DNA from: Ostreococcus lucimarinus
Taxonomy: Eukaryota
Strand: one strand, 5' to 3'
Assembly (NCBI GenBank): GCA_000092065.1
Contig: CP000599.1
DNA: 64,000 bases
Shown: piece after piece, positions 42,448-51,190 of the stretch
How positions within the stretch are numbered: the stretch's first letter is position 1
How the letters are laid out: each line of letters opens with the position of its first letter
Notes under the pieces: model-generated
What the model was told of the DNA's origin: nothing
What the model saw: only the letters and a program-made list of their open reading frames with translations
Databases searched by the model: none
Program-made: the position numbers and the translations under genes

Positions 42448-42795
42448 CACTCGTCACGCGTATTATACGACAATACATACCGTACAACACCCCACACGAA
42501 TACCATCAATCATCAATCAATCGCGCGCACGACAAAAGACATCGACGCGCGTCCGACGACGCATCGCCACGACCCACCACACGGCACTCGTCACGCGTAT
42601 TATACGACAATACATACCGTACAACACACCACACGAAACCCATCAATCAATCGCGCGCACGACAAAAGCCATCGACGCGCGTCCGACGACGCATCGCCAC
42701 GACCCACCACACGGCACTCGTGACGCGTATTATACGACAATACATACCGTACAACACACCACACGAAACCCATCAATCAATCGCGCGCACGCACC
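42448..42795. repeat. ~130-bp tandem repeat, ~2.6 copies, immediately upstream of the SANT-GATA gene
   Basis: cactcgtcacgcgtattatacgacaatacataccgtacaacac...catcaatcaatcgcgcgcacgacaaaag[ac]catcgacgcgcgtccgacgacgcatcgccacgacccaccacacgg recurs at 42448, 42585 and 42715. Confidence 0.85.
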
Positions 42796-42842
42796 GTTCG
42801 AAATCGCGCCTTAGCGCGTCATTCCCGTCGACGCGCCGCGTC

Positions 42843-44495
42843 ATGTCGCGCGACGACGCCGACGCGCTTCGCGCGCGCGAGACGTGCGTCGCGGTCGTGC
42901 GCTTCGCGCGAACCCTCGCCCTCGAGCGCGGGCGCGCGAACGACGACGACGCGTCGCGCGCGCACCGCGCGCGGCTGCTGCGACTCCGCGCGCGACTCGC
43001 GCGCGTGCGCGCGCAACCGCGACGCGCGCGGCGCGAGCGATGCGCGAGCGACGGCGTCGGCGCGCTGTTGGCGCTGCTGCGACACGCGCCGTGCGCGCAC
43101 GAGAGCCTCGGCGACGAGAGAAGACGGGACAGGGGATGGACGGGACGCGGGATGGCGAGGACGGGGACGATTCGCGTCGGCGCGGCGCACCAGGCGCGCG
43201 TCGAGGCAAAGTGCGCGACGCGCGCGACGTTCGAGCGAGGGAAGATGAGCGAGAGGGAAAAACGGTTGGCGGGTCGCGTCGCGTGGCCGAGGGCGAACGG
43301 GACGCGCGCGAAGGCGAAGGCGAGGACGCGCGCGAGCGCGACGAAGGGCGAGGGTTCGAGCGGCGCGGCGCGAGCGAACGGCGAACGCGCGGCGAAGACG
43401 GACGCGGTGAAGGATGCGGAGGAAGACGTTTCGAATAATCGACCCGGTGAACGCGGGTTTACGGATGAAGAGATCGCCGCGTCGCGCGCGGCGCTCGAGG
43501 AGGAATTGCGGCGCGGCGGCGCGGACGAAGACTCGTTGTTGGGGTTGCGCACCATCGGCGCCGCGGGGGCGCGCGAGGGGTGGGACGACGAGGAGGTGGC
43601 CGCGTTCGCGGAGCACGCGACGCGATACGGCGACGATCTCTTTCGCTTGCGCGCCAAGCTGCCGAAGAAATCGATGCGCGACGTCGTGAACTATTACTAC
43701 AACGTGTGGCAGGTCGGGTTCGCGAATTACGGTCGCGTCGACGTCGAGGGCGCGGAGGAACCGGCGCCGCGCGAGCGAGCGCGACGCGGACCGGCGCCCA
43801 AGTACACCGTCGAACAGGTGCGACGGGAGAAGGATGAAAAGTCGCTGCGCGGATTCGTGGATTGGATTCGAGGCGTCGCGATCAACACCAAGCGCGCGAT
43901 GCTAAACGTTCACCGAGCGCCGACGACGGCGCGCGTAAAGGGCCACATGATGACGCGCTGGCGCACCGTGACGCGGAGCGAGGACGCGGACGACGGCGTC
44001 GCGAGAGAGGCGTACTTGAAGGATTTGAAGCGACGCATGACGGCGGCGAGGTTCACGAAGGAGGAACAAGAGGCGGCGGCGAGAATGAAGACGAAAGCGA
44101 AATCGTCCAAAGCGTCGTCCGCAAAGGTGACGAAGACCGCGTCGAGTGGTGACGCGGCGACGAAGACGAAGAAGACGGCGTCCGCGCCCGCGGACGGCGC
44201 GCCGACGCCGAAGAAACGAAAACGCCGAATCGACGATGGTCAGCCGAAGATTTGTCGAAATTGCCGAGCGATGGAAACGAAACAGTGGCGCTTACCCGTC
44301 GAGGGCGCGGGCGTGCTTTGCAACGCGTGCGGGTTACGCGATAGAAAACAAGCGAAGAAGAACGAAGCCAGCGCCGCGGGCGAGACGGAGCCTACGCCAA
44401 AGGAAAATAAGACGCCCGATCGGGGGAAGGATGGTTTGAAGAAGAAACGCTCTCCGGGATTGAAACCGACGCCCGACCGCAACTTTCAGCTTTAG
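42843..44495 (+). CDS. SANT/Myb-like plus GATA-type zinc-finger protein (MTA/RERE-like chromatin factor architecture)
   Basis: SANT-like segment WDDEEVAAFAEHATRYGDDLFRLRAKLPKKSMRDVVNYYYNVW. C-terminal GATA finger CRNCRAMETKQWRLPVEGAGVLCNACGLR (C-x2-C-x17-C-x2-C) with flanking basic region. ATG at 42843. Confidence 0.65.
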   Translation: MSRDDADALRARETCVAVVRFARTLALERGRANDDDASRAHRARLLRLRARLARVRAQPRRARRERCASDGVGALLALLRHAPCAHESLGDERRRDRGWTGRGMARTGTIRVGAAHQARVEAKCATRATFERGKMSEREKRLAGRVAWPRANGTRAKAKARTRASATKGEGSSGAARANGERAAKTDAVKDAEEDVSNNRPGERGFTDEEIAASRAALEEELRRGGADEDSLLGLRTIGAAGAREGWDDEEVAAFAEHATRYGDDLFRLRAKLPKKSMRDVVNYYYNVWQVGFANYGRVDVEGAEEPAPRERARRGPAPKYTVEQVRREKDEKSLRGFVDWIRGVAINTKRAMLNVHRAPTTARVKGHMMTRWRTVTRSEDADDGVAREAYLKDLKRRMTAARFTKEEQEAAARMKTKAKSSKASSAKVTKTASSGDAATKTKKTASAPADGAPTPKKRKRRIDDGQPKICRNCRAMETKQWRLPVEGAGVLCNACGLRDRKQAKKNEASAAGETEPTPKENKTPDRGKDGLKKKRSPGLKPTPDRNFQL

Positions 44496-44565
44496 TGTCG
44501 CGATTGATCGCTACACGCGACGTCGAATTGTTTACGAATACGGGAATTTTGTTGTACTATATTAT

Positions 44566-47172
44566 TCATTCCTTCTTGTTGGCGTCTTGAGCGTTATTTT
44601 CTTCTCCGCCCGTCTCGACTGGCTCCGTCGTCGCGGGAGCGGGCGGGGCGGGTTCTTTCTTATACGTCGTTCCCTGAAGATTATTGATCGCCACGGTGAT
44701 ATCGGTGAGCTTGTCGATTGGACTCGTGATATCGCTCTTCATCGCGATTCGCCCCGCCTCGCGCATGCCCGTGATCCACGCCCCGTGCATCGTCGCCGGA
44801 TAGTGCCTCGTCGTCGCTTCGCCGCTGAAGTGGATGTTCCCCACCGGTTCGCTCATCTCTTCATAATCGTCCCCGGTGGCTCTCGTCGAGCACGAGCTGT
44901 AGGCGCCGAACGTGTTTTCATCCTTCCCCCACCGCGTGACGTGACTCGCCACCGGCTTGCCCACGTCTGCCTTTGGGAAAGCGCATCGCAAGTGCGCCAA
45001 CAAATCTTCCACCACCTCGTCGTCTTCGCGGCTTTCGACTTCGATCGCGGCTTCCCCGGCGCAAAGCGCCAGGATGACGTTTTCGTCGCCCTTGTTGTGG
45101 GAATATATCAAAAAGTATCGACCGCGATCGCGCGTGTGCGACTGCACGAAACCAAACGTGTCGCACTTTTCGTCCCAAAATCTTTTTTCAAAGACCAAGA
45201 TGACCTTGTTCAAGACGCCGAAATTTATGTTCTCTATGGCTTGAAGCTTGCGATGAGGCAACTCCGGGATGAAGGAAATGACGCCGCGCTTCAAAACACC
45301 CAGCGGAACGGTGACGAGGACGCAGTCGGCGATGATGTCGACTTCTCGACCGCAGTGCACGATGACGCCCTTGCCGCCGAGCGACTGAGCGTCGGTGATG
45401 GATGTCACGCGATGACGATACCAAACTCGTAAATCCTTGCTCAGGGCGTCGATGAAACGCACGTTACCACCCGGCACGACGACGTGATTACCGGTGAAAT
45501 CGTACGCGTCGTCTTGATCCCACTGCATCAACGACAACTCTTTCGCCTGCGACGCGTTGGCGAATTCCAAATTCGCGATGTGCCAGTTGTGCACGTCCTT
45601 GGCCGCGTTTCTAGTCTCCATCGGCAACTTCTCGAGCTCAACATTTATTCTCTTCTCGAGTTCGCGCCCGAGCGATGAGGCGTTGGCGATTTGTCGATCC
45701 ATCGCCACGCGAAAGAACGACATGTCTTCCAGTATTTTGTTGAAATTTTTCTCCACCATCTCGTCCACTTCGCTATCGACCGTGTCGCCGTTGCGGTCGT
45801 ACAACGGGCACTCGGGCTGAATGATGTGCGGCTTGATTCCGAGTTGACGCGCGACGACGCAGAGCGGGTTGCCATTCGACCCGCTCAAAATACTTCCTCC
45901 GAGATCGGCCCACACTTTCTTGACGTCTTTGTCGCTCTCGGTGACATTTTTAGTCTTCGTCGTTTCCTTCCCCGCCTCGTCGATAAACTCAGCCGGAAAC
46001 TCGCGCGTGTCCACGCGCCCTCCCAAACGCTCGCTCGATTCCAGAACCACCACTCTGTGCCCAAGATTTTTCAGGTGTTTCGCCGCGGCGAGTCCGGAGA
46101 TACCGGCGCCGATGACGACGACGGACATCTTTTGCGAGGTCCCTTTCTTCTCCGCGAATTCTTCAAACTTGGACGCCGTGCGCATGACGCCGTAGTTGAT
46201 GTATCCGAACATCGTGAGATATCTGTGCACCCCGTGCGCGAGGTTGATGAATTTGTTCTTGAACATGTCCGCCGCCGCCGTCGCGGACAAATACTCGCGC
46301 GGTTTAGCTCGCCATTTGACGATGAGCGCGTTCCTGATCGCGATGAAATCGCCGTCGTTGTGGGATTCGCCCGGCGGCAGGAACGCGCGCTCGACGTCGG
46401 ACAAGCCGTCGGTCTCGAGGTTTAATTCAATCGCAATTTCCAAGTCCGCCACGTCCTCCGGTCGCAGCGGTCGCGGAGCGCGCGGCGGCGGCGCGTTTTT
46501 CGCCGCGCGCGCGATCATCTCCGCCTTTCTCTCGATCTCTCGTCTGTGCAAGGCTTCCATCTCCGCCTCGTCCCCGGTTTGGACGAACACTTCCGTCAAG
46601 CGCGTGGGTTTGCGTCGCTCGCGCTGCGACGTTCGCGTCGGCGGCGTCGGCGCGTCTCCGCGCGTCTCCGGCGCGCGATCGACGACGACGTCTCCGATCT
46701 CCTCCGACGTCGTCATCTTCGCCGGCTCTCCCTTTCTGTGATGCCCCTGTCTGAGCGATTCCCCGTTCGCCGTCGCCGCCGTCGCCGTCGCCGCCTCGTC
46801 GTCGCCGCCGTCCCGCCGCCGGCGCCCGCTCGCCGCCGCCCCACCCCCTCCGCCCCCTCCCCGCGTCCCTCGATCGTCCCCGATCGATTCCTCGCGCTCC
46901 GTCTTCGCTCTCTTCCCCCCCCCCGCGTCTCCCTCCCCCTCCTCGCGCGCTCGATCCCGCGTCTCCGTCGCCCCCCCGTCTCGCCCGCCCGCCCGCCCGC
47001 GCTCGCGTCCGCGCGCGCCTCCCTCCCCCGTCCCATCCCGCGCCTCCCTCGCGCCCTCGCTCGCGTCCATCTCGCGCCTCGAGCTCGTCCCCTCATCGCC
47101 TCGATGCGCGAACTCCTCCGTCGCGCGTCGCACGCCGCCGAGCACGCGCCGCAGCAGCACGCCGACGCCCAT
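44566..47172 (-). CDS. LSD1: LSD1/KDM1-like flavin-dependent histone lysine demethylase (SWIRM plus amine oxidase)
   Basis: SWIRM-like region (FIAIRNALIVKWRAKPREYLSATAA...HRYLTMFGYINYG). FAD dinucleotide motif VVVIGAGISGLAAAKHL...VLESSERLGGR. The amine-oxidase domain runs to the C-terminus. N-terminal acidic/Gly-rich extension. Confidence 0.8.
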   Translation of the reverse strand: MGVGVLLRRVLGGVRRATEEFAHRGDEGTSSRREMDASEGAREARDGTGEGGARGRERGRAGGRDGGATETRDRAREEGEGDAGGGKRAKTEREESIGDDRGTRGGGGGGGAAASGRRRRDGGDDEAATATAATANGESLRQGHHRKGEPAKMTTSEEIGDVVVDRAPETRGDAPTPPTRTSQRERRKPTRLTEVFVQTGDEAEMEALHRREIERKAEMIARAAKNAPPPRAPRPLRPEDVADLEIAIELNLETDGLSDVERAFLPPGESHNDGDFIAIRNALIVKWRAKPREYLSATAAADMFKNKFINLAHGVHRYLTMFGYINYGVMRTASKFEEFAEKKGTSQKMSVVVIGAGISGLAAAKHLKNLGHRVVVLESSERLGGRVDTREFPAEFIDEAGKETTKTKNVTESDKDVKKVWADLGGSILSGSNGNPLCVVARQLGIKPHIIQPECPLYDRNGDTVDSEVDEMVEKNFNKILEDMSFFRVAMDRQIANASSLGRELEKRINVELEKLPMETRNAAKDVHNWHIANLEFANASQAKELSLMQWDQDDAYDFTGNHVVVPGGNVRFIDALSKDLRVWYRHRVTSITDAQSLGGKGVIVHCGREVDIIADCVLVTVPLGVLKRGVISFIPELPHRKLQAIENINFGVLNKVILVFEKRFWDEKCDTFGFVQSHTRDRGRYFLIYSHNKGDENVILALCAGEAAIEVESREDDEVVEDLLAHLRCAFPKADVGKPVASHVTRWGKDENTFGAYSSCSTRATGDDYEEMSEPVGNIHFSGEATTRHYPATMHGAWITGMREAGRIAMKSDITSPIDKLTDITVAINNLQGTTYKKEPAPPAPATTEPVETGGEENNAQDANKKE

Positions 47173-47670
47173 CGCTTCGTCGCGAACGCGCGTTTAATTT
47201 TTACCCCTATTGAGCGATCCCGCGTGCTCTTCGACCGATTCCCACGCGTGCCGCGTCGTAAAAATACCCGCTTTCGGGCGATCGCGCGCTCGCGAAAGTT
47301 TCGCCGCGCGCGCGACCGCGGTCGTCGTCGCGAAGCGATTTTTGCCCCGAATCCAACGAATTCGCGCCCTGGAGATGGATGGATCGTCGAGCGCCCTCGA
47401 TCGGCGACGCTTTCGAGCCGCGAGACGCGCTCGACGGCGCGACGCGGCTCGAAGCGCGAGCGATCGCGCGCGATCGCGTCGTCGATCGCGCGCGGCGCGG
47501 TCGCGAATCCGCGATCGGCGTCGGCCGTCGTCGAATCCGCGGCGCGATGTGGCGACGATCCGGGCCGCGTCGGCGGTTTCGCGTGCTTCTATACGATGTT
47601 TTAGTGCGTATTACGGTATCGAAACGCCCCGTTCGTTTACGTACACGTCGGCGCGTCGCGTCGACGGGCG

Positions 47671-47896
47671 TCGCGGATTCTCCTACTGATGGGTGTCGCG
47701 GGGCGTTTTATGCGGTACTGAGTATCGTATTTTAGGTATACGTCATTCGATGCGCGGCGCGCGCATCGCGGATCCGCGTGTGGTCGCGGATTCTCCTACT
47801 GATGGGTGTCGCGGGGCGTTTTATGCGGTACTGAGTATCGTATTTTAGGTATACGTCATTCGATGCGTGGAGCGCGCATCGCGAACGCGCGGCGGC
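47671..47896. repeat. 113-bp tandem duplication (2 copies) in a ~1.1-kb gene-free gap
   Basis: tcgcggattctcctactgatgggtgtcgcggggcgttttatgcggtactgagtatcgtattttaggtatacgtcattcgatgcg... repeated at 47671 and 47784. Contains a CUGAUGG (C-box-like) and a CUGA (D-box) motif. Confidence 0.8.
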
Positions 47897-48329
47897 GCCG
47901 CGGATCCCGACGCGCGGCGCGACCGGCGCGGCGCGGCGCGGCGTCGAGCGTCGGAACGCGCGTCTCGCGTCGACGCGCGGGTCCGCGACTTCCGACGCCG
48001 CGCGAACGGCGCCGCGGACGCGGGATCTCGAACGCGACGACATGCCGTTTCAAATCTACGTCGCGGGACAGCGCCTCGCGTCGGACGCGGTGCTGAGCGA
48101 CGCGTGGCGAGCGAGCGACGCGCGCGCGCGATTGAAACGACCGAGCGCGACGGACGCGGACGGCGACGACTCGGACGGCGATGGGCGGGACCGCGGGACG
48201 CGGGACGACGGGGCGAGGGCGAAGCGCGCGGCGCGGTGACGGACGAAGACGGACGACGCGCGAGCGCGCGCGCGAAAAGGGTTCGAATGGGATGTATTTT
48301 TTTTTAATGATCAAACGAAGATGGATTCG

Positions 48330-49298
48330 TCACGACGGGTCGAGGGCGAGGGGGACCCAACGCTCGAACGCGGCGGGCGAGCCGTACCACGCGCGACCGG
48401 CGGCGTCGTCGGCGCCGAGAGGGGTGTGATAGACGTCGTCCAACACGACGTGACGCGCGCCGTCCATGAGGGCGGACTCGACGGGCGTGATGCCGTCGCC
48501 GTCGACGGCGGCGCGGCCGCACACTTGCTTGTATCCCTGGCCGAGCGCGAACGCGCCCGCGCTCGCGACGCCGTCGAGCGTCTCCGCGCCGCGCGCGTAT
48601 TTCCCAGCCACGCACACGCACTCGATGCCGAGATCGCGCGTCAGTTCGCTCGCCGAGCGACAATTCTCGTCGACGTACGTCAGGATCCCTCGCGTTTGAT
48701 CGACGACGCCCGGGACGTCGCGCGGCGCCGGTTTCATCGGCGAGCCCAGCGTCACCAGTCGCGCGATTCGCCCCACGATCGCCTCGCTCGCGTGTTCGTC
48801 GATGAAAACGCGCGCGAGCCATCCTCCGGCGCTGTGCGCGCACAGTATCAGCGCGACGTCGTCGTCGTCGCGCGTCGCTTCCTCGCACGCGTTCGCGAGC
48901 GCGTCTAAATACCAGTTCACCGTCGGTTTCGGTCGCAGCGTCCCGCGCCAGTACGCCGGCGTCGCCGCGCCGGCGGCGTTGCGGAGCCAATCGACGCGTC
49001 GCACGTCGGCGATCGTCGCGCCGTGCCCGCGCGCGCGCAGGAGCGCGGCGAAGGCGTCGTAATCCGTCCCGGCGTTCCCGAGACCGGGACAGATGACGAC
49101 GTGCGGCTTCGCGGCCGCGCAGCGCGTCGCGCGCGCGCAGAAGCGACGCGGGCGACGCGAAGACCGCTCGCGCGCGTCGAGGCGCGCGCTCGCGGCGAGC
49201 GCGAGCGCGCGCGACGACATGACGCGACGAGGAGTGCCGACGAACGCGGCGAGCGCGACGAACCGCGGGACGAACGAACGACGCGTGAATGAATGCAT
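48330..49298 (-). CDS. alpha/beta-hydrolase-fold protein (lipase/PGAP1-DUF676-like) with N-terminal presequence
   Basis: GxSxG nucleophile elbow in LILCAHSAGGWLARVF and an N-terminal R/A/S-rich leader. Confidence 0.55.
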   Translation of the reverse strand: MHSFTRRSFVPRFVALAAFVGTPRRVMSSRALALAASARLDARERSSRRPRRFCARATRCAAAKPHVVICPGLGNAGTDYDAFAALLRARGHGATIADVRRVDWLRNAAGAATPAYWRGTLRPKPTVNWYLDALANACEEATRDDDDVALILCAHSAGGWLARVFIDEHASEAIVGRIARLVTLGSPMKPAPRDVPGVVDQTRGILTYVDENCRSASELTRDLGIECVCVAGKYARGAETLDGVASAGAFALGQGYKQVCGRAAVDGDGITPVESALMDGARHVVLDDVYHTPLGADDAAGRAWYGSPAAFERWVPLALDPS

Positions 49299-49339
49299 CG
49301 ATTAAATGAAGGCGCGATCTTCAGCGCGGTTGAGAAGCG

Positions 49340-50674
49340 TTAATCCGAGGTTCGTCGCGCGAAGACGAAGCGATCGGCGTCGGTGCTGAGGGCGACGCCG
49401 ACGCCGGCGCCGCGCTCGTCTCCGGCGGCGGCGCGACCTTCGTAGTATAAACGAATGCGATCGCCCGCCATGGGCACGGCGTAAGGTTTGCCGACGCCTC
49501 CTTGATCCCACGCGCCCGCGGCGCCGGCCTCGAGCGCGGGCGCGCTCGGGCGAGTCCACGAGACGCCGTCGCGGGACGTCGCCACGGCGACGCTCGCGAC
49601 GCCCGGCGCGCTCGACGAGTACGCCTCGTAAAACATTATGAATTCGTCCCGACCGAGCCTGACGACGCACGGCGCCGCCACGCCGGCGTCGTCGAACGAA
49701 CCGCTCGGCCCGGGGCCGAAGATGGCCTCCGACCCGCGCTTGCTGTACGCGAACCCGTCCGCCGTGAGCGCCAAACCGACGGCGGATTTCCCCGTGCGCA
49801 CGTCGATCGAGGCGTAGTACACCCGTATGTCCCTCGGTCCCGCGAGCAAAACCTTTGGATCGCGCACACCCCTCGCGTCCCACGCCCCGTCCTCGCCGCG
49901 ATCGAACACCGCCCCCGTGTGGTGCTCGCCCTCGAACCGCGCCCAGTTCCTGCCGTCTTGCGAAAACGCCAGCCCCGGCCGCGTCGTCGTCGTCGCCGCC
50001 GCCGCCCCCGCCGCCGCCCCGTGATCGTACCCGTGATAAAACATCCAGTACACCGACCCTCCCGAGATGGAATCGCTCGAGATCAGCTGCACGTCGCCCA
50101 ACTGCGTCCCTCTCGTGTCGAACGTCCACCAGTCCTCGCCGTTCGCCCCGAACACTCGTCCGACGTCGATCGACCGCCCGTCGACGTCGTTCCTGTACAT
50201 CACCGCGTCCGAGTCCCCTCGCCGCCACGTCACGCCGTCCTCCGACGTCGCGATCGCGATCGAATCGTCGCCTCGCGCGTTCGTCGCCGCGTACCACATC
50301 GTCCATCGCGTCGCGTCGTCGCCTCGAAACGCCTTCACCACCGGCGCGCCCACGTGCGCGCCGTCGAAAGCGTCGCGCTGTTTGTCGTCGCCGTCGCGCG
50401 CCGGCGCGAACACGCGTCCCGCGTCGTCGCCGCCTCCGCGCGCGCGCGTCGTCCGCCGCGACGTCGCCGCGACGTCGCGCGTTCGACGCCTCGTTCGCGT
50501 CGCGCGCGCGACGGTCGTCGTCGCCGTCGCGCGCGACATGTCTGTCGCGCGTCGGACGGCGATCGTCGATCGTCGAGCGCGTCGAGCGCGCGTCGCGATG
50601 CGACGACGGCGCGCGCGGCGACGCCGCGATCGCGTCGGGCGGGACGTGGCGTTTCGGGCGAATCTTCTTGGCAT
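49340..50674 (-). CDS. five-bladed beta-propeller glycosidase-superfamily protein (GH43/GH130-like)
   Basis: Recurring blade motifs IAIATSEDGVTWRR, GLAFSQDGRNWARF, VGLALTADGFAY and VAVATSRDGVSWTR, plus WxMFYxG/ YYxxxD patterns. R-rich N-terminal leader; start may be the internal Met at 50539. Confidence 0.45.
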   Translation of the reverse strand: MPRRFARNATSRPTRSRRRRARRRRIATRARRARRSTIAVRRATDMSRATATTTVARATRTRRRTRDVAATSRRTTRARGGGDDAGRVFAPARDGDDKQRDAFDGAHVGAPVVKAFRGDDATRWTMWYAATNARGDDSIAIATSEDGVTWRRGDSDAVMYRNDVDGRSIDVGRVFGANGEDWWTFDTRGTQLGDVQLISSDSISGGSVYWMFYHGYDHGAAAGAAAATTTTRPGLAFSQDGRNWARFEGEHHTGAVFDRGEDGAWDARGVRDPKVLLAGPRDIRVYYASIDVRTGKSAVGLALTADGFAYSKRGSEAIFGPGPSGSFDDAGVAAPCVVRLGRDEFIMFYEAYSSSAPGVASVAVATSRDGVSWTRPSAPALEAGAAGAWDQGGVGKPYAVPMAGDRIRLYYEGRAAAGDERGAGVGVALSTDADRFVFARRTSD

Positions 50675-51190
50675 TCGGTGGTGTTCGTATACGTATGTTT
50701 ATGTGTGTGTGTGTTTTACGTATTGAAGGGGTCTGAGTGCTATATACAAGGGTTTAGAGCATAGCCCGGCCGCGCGCGCCGTCGCGGCGTCGCGGCGTCG
50801 TTCGCGCGCGCGGGGGGCGTTCGCGTCTTTCCATACATGGGAGTCGGATGACCTCGTATACGTGATTATACATCGTATATTGGGCGCGTGAAGCGGTGTA
50901 TACGTATCGCGTGCGCGGTGCCCCGCCCCGGCCGCGCGCGCGCGCGCGAGACGCCGGCGCGTCGATCGAGACGCGCGCGCGCGAACGCGTCGATCGAGAC
51001 GCGCGCGCGAACGCTCGACGCGCGCGACGGTCGATCGACGACGCGCATTTGGGCGATCGACGACGCGCGACGAACGCGCGAATCGACGGGCATCGGGAAT
51101 CGCGAACACCATAGCGATTGCGAGCGATCGCGAACGAGGCGTCGCGAACGAATCGCGTGCGAATCGCGAGGCGGCGGTTCGAGGCGCGCG

